A stretch of 64,000 nt of DNA, taken from Lingula anatina. Lineage: Eukaryota; Animalia; Brachiopoda. The DNA lies in contig CM120644.1 in NCBI GenBank assembly GCA_051362555.1, positions 11,554,567 through 11,618,566 of the forward strand. The letters are read 5' to 3'. The notes under the pieces were generated by a model. The model searched no databases. It was not told the origin of the DNA and saw only the letters and a program-made list of their open reading frames with translations. The translations under genes were made by a program, and so were the position numbers. Of the stretch, positions 25,901 to 37,900 are shown in pieces; positions within the stretch are counted from its first letter, which is position 1; each line of letters opens with the position of its first letter.

Positions 25901-28900
25901 AAACAGGGCCGACTAGCGACTTGTTCTAGATCGCTCTAGTAAGAAACTATAACATTCATATCTTATCGTTTACATATAACGCGCTAAGAGCTTAGCAATA
26001 AACCTTGACATATTGATCCGTTTTTAAACAACAACAAGAAAAAAGAACGCCTTGTCATATCTATGAGACAAATCGCTTGCAACGTGCAACAAGGGGGATG
26101 GCTGACAGTGTGGTCTCACTACATGTATATGAAAGTGCGGTGAATTAACAGTCTTAGACATCGCTCGAAGAGGAGGGGGGCTTACTATAGCCCGCAACCT
26201 ATTGTTACACGCGATCGTTATCATATCTCAAACAACCTTAACCAAAACTGAACAATAAGATTGTTAAATCTGATAAGTGATGTAAAATCATAATGGTTAT
26301 TTGCGTTGACGACGGAGATTGTTTCATTCGCAAAGTTAATGAAACAAGACGGTCCAAGTTAACTGCCCATATTGAATAAATCTTAGACTGTTAAACCTAA
26401 AGCCCTGCTTTACGTACTTTGGTAATAATTATTTAGTAAGCTAGGTTTATTCACATATATCACAAAGCATAAGGGCCTTATGCTGCAAACAACCCATTTT
26501 GAACGCGATCGTCATCGCTCCCGAACAACCTGAAATCATGCCTATACTATAGTAGGAGATGCACGTCGATTAAAAGATTCAACACCTGGGTGGCCAACAC
26601 TATTATGAAAAGGAAAAATGATTTGACGTTCCATGCACAACCATCATCGAGAGCCTATAGTAGCATTATGCTCCATGCGCAGTCGATTTTTATCGAAATA
26701 AATAGTGTGTTTCATACAAGAATATCTAATTTCCTTTATAACTGTTACTAAAATCATCTTATAAGTAGTTAGTTTATGTGCACGTTCCCCTAACGCGCGT
26801 GCAAAATAGTCCCATCAAATAACCAAATACAGGTATCTGTCTATACTGGTAACTGGTGAAAATCTATCTGTGGCCCTGATAATGGGTAAACCCTCACCGC
26901 GTCAGCTGCGATAAGGAAAGAGTGTATTAATAAAAATTGTACTAGGTAGGGGCAAAAGTTTACTGACTTGGTAATTTCGCAATCCCTGTATTTGTTTGTT
27001 ACCCAACCTCTTGACAGCTGATTTTATTTATTTATTTTAGATTTTAATTTAAAAAAATCAGATTCCTCATTTTAACAGTCACTACTGCCTTAAATTCAGG
27101 GGAATGGACCCTTTTATCGTGATGCGCTCGCTTCTGACTGCAAAGTTTTGAGAAATTTAAAACACGGGTGACTAAATAAAACATCGACTTACCTATTTTA
27201 GCTTGTTGGCGTGCAGGCATTTTCCCCTAAGGTCTCTTATCTCCGCTTCTTTACTGTTGCTGGAACACCACGATACGTTTGGACGCCAGGAGGCTTAAAC
27301 GAATGTGACGATCTGCATGCTAAAAGCGAACGTTTTTATAACCAGCAAAATAAAAAGAGTCAATGGAAGATAGGTATTTATTGCCAGCGTTATCTGTAAG
27401 CGGTCTAATTGCTCAGGTGTGAAATAAACATTCTAATTAAATGGATGTCATGTTGAGCTTGCCCAGGTAGGTCAGCTTAAAACTTGACCGACACATGACA
27501 TGTCATTAGCTGGCTTGTAGAGCTTCAGGAGTGCAGGTAATTTAACGCAATACCATAAAGCTCTGTCAGTTGATGATTATTTAATTCAAAGACAAACACT
27601 TTTCTCTATCTAAAAAAGAAACCTTTATTATATTTGACGTTTACTTCTTTTGGAAACTAAAGAGAAACACTTATCCTACAAAATTTAGAAAGTCAGATTT
27701 GATAATTGATTATCTCCAAATCACCTGAACACGTTACTTAGAGATCAATCTTCCTTTCCCCCACGTTTGAATTTAATCCGCGACACTTGCATGGTACATG
27801 TACTTTTCTGTGAATTGTATTCGTGCAAATTTCATCAATTTTATTTTAAATGCAATGGATATGTATGTATCCACAAACAAGGAGAGTGTACATTTAGTCA
27901 ACAGATTACTGTGGTATTATGTAAAAGATAATATCTCTTTAAAAGGATCACTGGCTCCGCGGTGATTTAAATTGACCTTCACACAGGTGAACCAATTATC
28001 TTACCTGCCAGCCCTAAGGCCGTCCCACCTTTTTATCTAGATATCACATCACCATTACAATTGCTGAGAATCGCTTAAATTACTGTTTAATAGAGGGTAT
28101 TGGTAGATTTTCCTCATCGTTTCCTAAAAGACAAGTGTCACTCAAAGTAATAATTTGGCTGCACTTTGCATAAAGCATCAAACGGTAACGGGCCCTTGTA
28201 CACAACCAACCATGCCGCTAAGCGACTACGTAAGAACAAGAATTGTGATCCTTCATGAGATTGGGCTTGGAGTCACAAAGATTAGAAGACAGCTAGCCTC
28301 AGAAAGCATTTCCGTGTCCAGAACCAGTGTCATAAGGCTTCTTAACAAGTGGAGAGCTGGCCTTGGAATCGCCAACAGACCGCGCTCTGGTAGACCTGCA
28401 ATCTTAACCTTTGAGCATTTTGACATCATAGATGAAGAAATGACAAACAACGATGAGATGACTGCTAGCGATCTGAGGGACAAGATACAAGAACGAACAG
28501 GTAAATAATTGATGTACCTGTATACATTGAAAGTTAATATGGAGATACAGGTCGTTTAAAGAGACAGGTAGCACCGTGTACAGTGTTACCCTCTACCAAG
28601 GCGACTGATAGATGTTTTTTTACAGATATTCACAGATCTGTCTCTAGATAGATAGATGGTCATTTTGTTTCTAAATAGATGACCATCTATCTATCTAGAG
28701 ACATTTCTGTAAATATCTGTAAAAATCTTTCAGTCGCCCTGGTAGAGGGTGGTACAGTGTAGTTTTCTCTTTAATTTAAAAAAAAATCATAAAATAAACT
28801 TTGTGCAAATATTGATCACTTTGTTATACGTTATATGGAGATGGGAAATTTGAATTTGCATATTTGATATGGGCACCTTGTTTCAATATTTAGGGTTATT

Positions 28901-31900
28901 AGTCTCCGTGAGCGCAGTTACCAAGACCAGAGAAAAGCTTGGGTGGGAGCGCACTGGAACGAAGTACTGCCAAATTATAAGAGAGGCTAACCGTCCAAAA
29001 CGCGTAGCTTGGTGTGAGAAAGCAATTGCTGACAATGACCAGTTTGAAGATGTGATCTGGACAGGTACACTGAATTTCATATTGAAGTAGTCTTGAAAGG
29101 TCTGACGACACAGTTGTATATCCATGCTTAAGCTGAAAAGTTACTAGCATTTCGATTTTTCTGATATATCTTTAATGTAATCAGACCCTTTTATTCAGAT
29201 TCTTTCTGTAATTTTCAAATTACATTTATCAGTTCAGGTCAGACATAAAAATATATGTAGATAGGGTTATGATATTTATTAAAGGCAAAACCAAATTCAC
29301 TCGTCTATTTCGTTGGCGGGATAAATTATCCCCATCATAATGACAGTTACATTAATTCAATATCTTTCAGATGAAAGCACTATACAACTGGAAAGAAACG
29401 GGAAACTTGTCTTCCGAAAAGTAATAAGGGATGCAGACGGCAACGATGTGAGTGAAGCTAGGAAGCTTAAGCCTAAAGCAAAACATCCTTACAAAGTTCA
29501 CGTCTGGGCTGGTAAGTAATATTTTTTCAAGTCACACTGTCATTTTTATAACATTATAGCGTTAATAGATTTAATAGATTGCGATCGATGTACATCTTAC
29601 AGAAACAACGAATGGTGAAGAGCGTACGTTGTCTTTATTGTTTTACCAATATATTCATGTTTTCGGATAACGTATTGTGATTGATGCTTATATTACAGCA
29701 CCGAAGTATAAAGTATTCACATGCAAACTGTAAAACAACAGTATTTCATTAAGAAAACCTCGTTTCAGGCATTTCAAAACGCGGGTGCACTGACATTGCG
29801 ATCTTCGGTGGTATTCTCGACGCAGAATTTTTTGTGGAGATTTTACGTGATTATCTGGTGCCATTCATTAGGGATAAAATGCCTCATCAACACAGATTCA
29901 TGCAGGATAATGATCCCAAGCACACAAGCAGAGTAGCGCGACAGTTTATTGAGGACAATGATATTATCTGGTTCAGAACGCCACCGGAGAGTCCGGACCT
30001 AAACCCCATCGAGAATTTGTGGGCCTCTCTAAAGCACTATCTCAGAAAATTAAAGCCGAAGACGAAGGACGATTTAGTGGCCGGTATTCAGAGTTTTTGG
30101 CAGACAGTCACTAAAGACAAATGTGTGAAATATATTAATCACATTTTTAAAGTGATGCCGGTGGTCATAGAAAGAGAGGGTAGAGCCTCTGGTTTTTAAA
30201 AAAGCGATTTCTTCGTTGTTTATGTATAGCAATTTATTTATTTACAGCTTTTTATTCATTTAATTATAAAATCATCAGTTATTCATTGAATTATTTAAAA
30301 TAATTTATCTTTTATTTAATGATTTATACCATCTTTTTTTATCTGTTTTGTAATTTGATTCTTAATGACATCTAATTATTTACTTAATTACTTAAATTAT
30401 TTATTTATTTATTTATTATTTATATATTTATTTATTTATTTAGTTATTAAGTTTTTCTATTATTTAAATTTACGGATTGGCTTGAATTATTTTATATGAA
30501 ATGTGACTTAATGTAGTAATTGAGGCAACACGTCAGCTTGTTATATGAATAAAATGTTTCTTTCTTTGTTATTTCTAAACTGTAATTTCTTTTTTACAAA
30601 GGGCGCGAATTTATGTACGGGGCATCTTTAAACTTTTTGAGACGGGGTGATTTGTTGATCAAGCTGATGCACGATGCTGATGCATGTTAAACAAATTCAA
30701 TTTTGACTACGGAACACTTCATATTGAATTAAATAACTGATACTAAATCATACTTGCATTTTTCTTGCAACACTTTAAACATTATCAGCTGCGTTTGCCG
30801 AGCTAGTGAACATAATGATAGTTCGCCACGGGAGACGGTTTAGTGGCACGCGTTAGCATGGGTTCAAGCCTCTTAAAGCTTTAATCATATCACCACAACA
30901 AACAATGGGTACCTTCTGGCTGATGTATCCTGCTGTTAATTACACCTAGTTACAGCGGATTGTCGCGCTCGCGCTGGACCACAGAAACAGGCGTCATGGG
31001 GTTCACTCGCCTAAGGTATTGTGTGTTATTACGTCTAAACTATTGTGTTTTGGCGTTCGAATTTTGATGGGATTAGACGGCTCTCCATTGTTTGTCCGCC
31101 CCCTTCTATTCATAGGATAGGGATTAAAACGTTTCTGACGTTTTTAAAACGTCGTACGACGGAAACTTAATTTTTATTACTACTGTAATAGGGGGGACTA
31201 GGGTGGCCAAGACTAGGGAATAAGGCAGGTAATGAACAGACTCCCTCCCCCCCCACCCTTCTTTTGACCACCCCTTTTTATGTACAGACACAGATGTGTC
31301 TGTACATATTGCCATCACCTGCGTCTGTCGTCGCCGGCGTCGCCGTCGCCGTCGCCGTCGGCGCCGTGCACTTTCCTTGTAAACACGATAAGTGGAGGGC
31401 AGTTTTACTTTTTGGCTTTATATTTACAGAGCTGATGAATATTCATAAAACGCAGGTCAAGTTCGAAAATCAGCATAATCGGGCCATTATTGTAGAAGTT
31501 ATGCTGTTTTTTCACTTTTCAGCATATATGCAACCCTGTAAACACATTTTAAGGAAAACTGTTAGGCCTGTTGTCATGAAACTCACAGGAGTAATCAATC
31601 TTACTTAAACGCAGGTCAAGTTCGAAAATCAGCATGATCCGACTACTATTTTAGTAGTTATGCTGTTTTTTCATTTTTCAGCATATATGCAACACTGTAA
31701 ACACAATATAAGAAAAATAGATTGGACAATTGTCATTTAACTCAGAGGAATGGTCAATCTTACTAAAACGCAGGTTGAGTTCGAAAATCAGCATAATCGG
31801 GGCATTATTTTAGAAGTTATGCTGTTTTTTCACATTTCCTAAGATTCGATTCTTAGGCATGTTAACAGTCTTATTATTTTACTAATAAGATACATAAAAG

Positions 31901-34900
31901 TGTTTGTTTGACATTTCCTGCATCTTTACAACATTGTTAGTTGATTATGTAAAAATGATGGTAAACTTGTTATCGTGTATTGTGTAATAAAGTTTCAAAA
32001 ATGGAAATAAACTCATATCATTGCAGTTTGTCAGATTCAATCATTCACTATGTTCAGAATCTCAGAATGGAGGAAATTGGACATTTAACACTATTCTATT
32101 GATATTTTTCCCATCTCATCAATTTTCTTAGTTGATCATATAAAAATTGCAGTAAACTGTTTATTTTGTTTTATGTTAAAAAAAGTGTTAAAAATGGAAA
32201 TAAACCCATGTCTTGTTTTACATTTCCTCAGATTCAATTCTTAGGCATGTTAACAGTCTCATTATTTAACTAATAAGACATGTAAAAGTGTTTGGTTGAC
32301 ATTTCCTGCATCTTTACAACATTATTAGTTGATTATGTAAAAATGATGGTAAATTTGTTATCATGTGTTGTGTAATAAAGTTTCAAAAATGGAAATAAAC
32401 TCATATCATTGCTGTTTGTCAGATTCAATCATTCACTATGTTCAGAATCTCAGAATGGAGGAAATTGGACATTTAACACTGTTGTATTGATATTTTTCCC
32501 ATCTCATCAATTTTCTTAGTTGATCGTATAAAAATGGCAGTAACCTGTTAATATTGTTTTATGTTAAAAAAATAGTTAAAAATGGGGAAAAAATTTTCAG
32601 AACAGTGCTGTCTTGTTTACATTTTGGCATTTTCAAGTTGTGACTTTGAAGTTCCATGGGCCTGAGGACCTTTGCTAGTCACATTTTCTGAATATCCATG
32701 ATACTAATATTTTATTATTAAAAATTGATGGTCATTATGCTGTTAAACATTATGTAATATTGCATCAAAATTTGAAAAAAAAAAAACTATTTTGGGCACT
32801 GCTCCTATGATGACCATTTAAGAAAAACCATGTCACTTACTGTTCTCAAACTTACAGGAAAGAAACATGGGACTAGAATACAGCTTCAGAAGGCAATGCA
32901 GTCTGTTTGGTAATTCTTACTGCCAGTTTAAACAGTTTTTTTTTTTTTTTTTTTTGTGAAAATTTAATTTTTCACATATTGGCATTTTCAAGGTGTGACT
33001 TTGAAGTTCCACAGGCTTGAAGACCCATGCTAGTCACATTTTCTGAAAATCCATGATACGTATATTTTATTATTAAAAATTGACGGTCATTATGCTGTTA
33101 ACCATTATGTAATATGGCATCAGAATAGAAGAAAACACAATTTTGGGTGCTGCTGCCATGATGACCATTATGGGAAAACCATGTTACTTATGATTGCCAA
33201 ATTTTCAAAAAAGAAATACGGGACTAAAATGCAGCCTGAGTTGGAAAAACAGTCTAATTGGCTTCTTTTTCTGGAAGTTATACATTTTCAAAGTGTGAAC
33301 TTGTTACACATTTTACTTATATTGGTATTACCTGTTGAGCATAATTAAAATTTGATGTTGAATTTGCAGTTTAACATAATGTACTTTTGCATCAGAATTG
33401 ACAGTAGCCTATTTTGAGCATAGTTATTTCCTGTTTTTTGTCTGTACATTTGACAGCTTTGCTGCCTTGTCTTGCTATTTGGCTTTGCCTTCCTTCCAAT
33501 CTGGGACGAGCTTCAAAAGAGAACCAAAGTTGAATGTTGACACTGATGCAGCAGTACCATTTTGAATGAGATTATGCAAGATGATAGATCTCCTTTGTGT
33601 ACAGGATTGTGGATATATTCCAGAAAGGTGAGGGGGGGGGGGAGGAAGATTTTGTGAAGTTATGAGATATTCATATCAAGATAAAACTTCAAAGACAAAA
33701 ACAGCATTTAATAAAATTATATTATGTTTTATTTTGTTACACACAAATGTTACCCAATGCTGATGCATTACAAATCATTAGGTATTTATTTTTCAAAGAA
33801 CTTCTCCACTTTGTTACTTCTTTAAATGATGCACACTTGTAATGAGTCGTAATCATTTATCAATTGAATGAATAACATAAGATACTACATTAAATGAACA
33901 TGTGGCAGATATTTGTTAAACATCTGAACCATGTTTAACTAATCCCTATTTAATTCAATGTGTTTTTTTCACTAACCAATTACCACATTTCATAAATAAA
34001 TACCATTTTCATTGGAGCTGGTCCTAACAGCATCACCAACATGTACATGATTTTTGATTAGTAATATCACAAATATTTACTTTGATTATCATGATTGTAA
34101 TTGATTTGTGACTCAATATATTGCTTATATCATAGGCAATTTAACATCTGTATGGTGCCTTTGTTCAGAGTGAAAACTATTCTTACAGATTTTCATGCTA
34201 CCTTTGAGTCATTTGTATTTTACCTTTTTGATAGCTATGGGGCTTATTTAAAAAAATGTTTAAATTAGCTGAAATTTACTTTTAGTATATGTATGAAGAT
34301 TTTTTGTGAAACAGGGCCCTTAAAATTAGCTGAATTTTGACACTTATTTTACATAACCTCATATTTACTATGTAATAGTAAACTACTAGTGATACAATTT
34401 TGAGCTTTACTGATGTTCAGAAATCTTAATGTTATATATAATATACAATATATATTATGATATATGAAATATACCATATAGTATATTTTCACATTTGTTA
34501 TACTTTTTTCTCATCCTGTTCAATTTTGTGTGTGAACTGCCAGTACTGAAACTTGGACTTAGTGTTACAGTCCTGGATTCCCACCACATGAGTCTCATCC
34601 TCTGGATTAACTACAACCTCCAGACAGAGCTCGGAGGGCTTGTCAGTATGAGGGTTCCAGACGTGTAAGGTCCCTGAGGGTTGATACGGTCTGTAGTCCA
34701 GGAGAGGGAAGAGCCCTGTTGGTGCCCCTTCTTCAAAGTGCCACCTGGTGGAGTTTTCCTTACAGTTCTCCTGGTACACTTGCCAGACGTTGGGTTCTCC
34801 TGTTGTTGAGAGGCAGAGGTCATTCAGTACGAGATTTCCATTGGATAGCAAAGAGACTGTCTGCAGTTTGGAGCGATAACTGCAGTCACGCATGGATGCC

Positions 34901-37900
34901 ATTTTTCCTGTGTCACTTCCTGTTGCACATTCCTTAGTTGCACGGCTCTCAAGTTGACCAAAATAGGCAACGTTTTTAGGAGGGAAGGCCAGGTCAAAGG
35001 CTACGTTTTCTAGATACCATTCAAATGATCTGCAGTTCAGTGAATCATGGAATCTTACTCTGTTCAGGAGGTTCTCTTCTTCTTGCTCAGTGAATGGAAT
35101 GTATCTGTTAAGCTGGTAGAATGTGTTCTTGTAATCATAGAGGAACACTTCAGCAATCCTCTGGCGATTTTTATGGATTGTGTCAACGTAGGAGGGCACC
35201 ACATACTGGAGCCTGTGCCTGAAGAGGTGGCCAGCATGGGAGCATGGATGAATCTGAACACCGTTGCCACACATCCAGTAACGCAGAGCAATCTCAACAT
35301 TATCACCGTCGCGATGAGCCATCCCTTCATCAAAACCACCAATCTGGAAGAAGAACTCGCGGTTAACAGCAGCAACAGCTCCCAATGCTGATTCGGTCCA
35401 TAGAACATCCTCTGGGTTCCTGTGGCCTAAGCTGTCTGACAGGAATGTCTTCCACACATAGGACAATCTCCAGTCGATTGAACCAGCACTCTGAAGAGCT
35501 GTGGAGCCTTCGTACTCAAAGGTGTCTGGGTAGATGTAGTCAATAACAGGGGTCACCATCACTGCAGCGTCTTTCTCCAGCTCAGTCAAGAGGGGCTCCA
35601 GCCATTGGTGATTGACCTCAACCTGGGCGTCCATGAACACTATGACCTCTGCAATAGCGTGGCGAGCACCAAGCATCTTTGCCTTAGCCACGCCCATGTG
35701 AGAACTAGTCTTGATGATTTTTATGATAGGAACAGTAGATACATACTCAAACAGGGGTTGCTTGATTTCATCCAAGTCACACCAGTCATCAATCAGCAGG
35801 ATCTCTTTGAGGAGCATGGGCGGTGTACGGAGTAGCACACTGTTGATTGTCCTGAGGAGGACAGACCAAGATTCTCTGTGGAATGGGATCACTATGCTGA
35901 CACTGGGAAGGTGATCAGGCTTGTAACCAAGTGCTGTCAGTTTACATGCCAAGTTACGAGTGTCAGGAACGTCACGGAACAAATCTGTGTTATCGCTGGT
36001 ATTGACGTTAATCTGCATGCTGGCATCACTTAACTGAGGGATCTGGAAGAATGGTTTTGCTTTCTCTGCAAGGATTGATTTGAGCTCATTGATATCAAAT
36101 TTTGGTTCACGGGCCTCGTGTGCATGTTCATGATCCGTTTCCTCACTGTCTGGCTTGCTTTCCTCATGGTGCTCCTGTTCTTCCCCAATATGGCCAACTG
36201 GAGCCTCTCCTTGGGAATGATCCTGACCCTCAGTAGCCTCTTCTTGGTTGTGACTTAGCGCATCTGGATGATTTGACTCTTCCTGAACTTTGTCTTTGTC
36301 ATCATGGGTCTGTTGCACAGGAACATCTCCAGTCTCCTGATCTTTAGCAGCATGAACTTCATCATGGCCGTGGTCAGCATGAGCCTCATGGCTTTGATCC
36401 ACAGGAGCCTCTTCATGACCTACTGGGGCCTCTATTTGATCAACTGGAGCCTCTTTGTGACCTACTGGGGCTTCCTCGTGACCTTGCTCAGCAGGGGCAT
36501 CTTCATGACCTTGAGCAGCAGGAGCCTCTTCATGACCTTGAGCAGCAGGAGCCTCTTCATGACCTTGAGCAGCAGGGGCATCTTCATGACCTTGAGCAGC
36601 AGGGTCCTCTTCATGACCTTGAGCAGCAGGAGCCTCCTCATGAACTTGACCAGCAGGGGCCTCTTCATGAGCTTGACCAGCAGGGGCGTCTTCATGAGCT
36701 TGACCACCTGGAGCCTCTTGGTGATCTTGACCAACTGGGGCCTCTTCATGACCTTGAGCAGCAGGGGCCTCTTCATGAGCTTGACCAGCAGGGGCCTCTT
36801 CATGAACTTGACCAGCAGGGGCTTCTTCTTGACCTTCACCAGCAGGGGCCTCTTCCTGACCTTCACCAGCAGGGGCCTTTTCCTGACCTTGAACAGCAGG
36901 GGCCTCTTTGTGATCTTGTGCAGTGGCCTCTTCCACAGGTGGATCACCTAGGGGGACATTTTCCTTCTCTTGGGGTTGAACTTCCTGTGCCTCCTCTGGA
37001 GGTTGTTCCTTTTGTTCTTCTTTCTGATGAACAAAAGCATAATCCACATATTATATCTATGCATAAAGGTGTTAAAGAATCATCATTATTCATTCCTATG
37101 AATATGTACAAAGTTAGCATAGCTGTGCCAAGATAACCTTGACGATTTTAACAATTCACACATTTTATTTTTGAGTATGATATACATTAGAAAGTGTTTA
37201 AGTCACCAAATTAAAACATTTAGCCCAGTTACCTTGACGTGGTCATCATCTTTCTGGTTATCAGTGTGCTGCTGAGATCTTTCAACTTCGTCCTTATGTT
37301 GCTGTTTTATGTCTCTCTCCACCACGTGTTTGACATCCTGAGGGTCAGCATCAGGAGGGGGTTCATCCAAGGGGACCTCATCTTTGGGGGCTGTGTCCTT
37401 GGGAGGCTCTTTGGGGGCTGTATCCTTCGGGGGCTCATCTTTGGGGGCTGTTTCCTTAGGGGGCTCATCTTTGGGGGCTGTATCCTTGGGGGCTTCATTC
37501 TGAGGCGCTGCAGCCTGAGGGGTTGGGTCTTTGGAAGCATTGTACACAGAGAATCCCCATGCCAGCAGGGCCACTGTGACAATGAGGAAAAACAGGTGCT
37601 TCACCTTAAGATTCATACACTTCTCTGTGATGGTTTTGGGTTTGGGTTTTCCATTTTGCTTAGGTTTCTTTTTTGCTGCTGCAGCCATTGTTGCTTAGAT
37701 GTTTAGCTCTCTAAAAAGAAAAGAGTGAATGATTTTAGGTCTTTAAAAGTGATATTTTCTCCCTCTTCATCTTTAGTGAGATGCTTAGGGTAGCTTTGTT
37801 AAGGATTTCTGGGTACAGTATTTTCAGTCAATTCAAGATGAAGTATTTTGATTTAAGTCACTGATTCACAGTGCAACATATATCATAAGTCAGGCTCCTG

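Larger units (their letters stand above)
20257..31185. mobile_element. Candidate large (~10.9 kb) Tc1/mariner-superfamily transposon carrying a transposase and a BEN-domain gene
   Basis: Left end TA|CAGTCCTAATA and right end TATTACTACTG|TA. Inverted blocks TTTCCRTC, AACGTCAGAAA and AATAGARGG occur in the same order at both ends. Both genes and their poly(A) signals lie inside. The TIRs are imperfect, so the boundaries are inferred. Confidence 0.55.

Noticed and set aside
36304-36951. 215-aa and 161-aa repetitive ORFs overlapping the GALNT-like stem
   Set aside because: Shadow frames of a 27-bp coding repeat that happen to lack stops.
37024-37047. Start of the 849-aa ORF as the true GALNT-like N-terminus
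   Set aside because: It is intron sequence ending in an acceptor. The TM-encoding exon 37233-37688 supplies the ATG.
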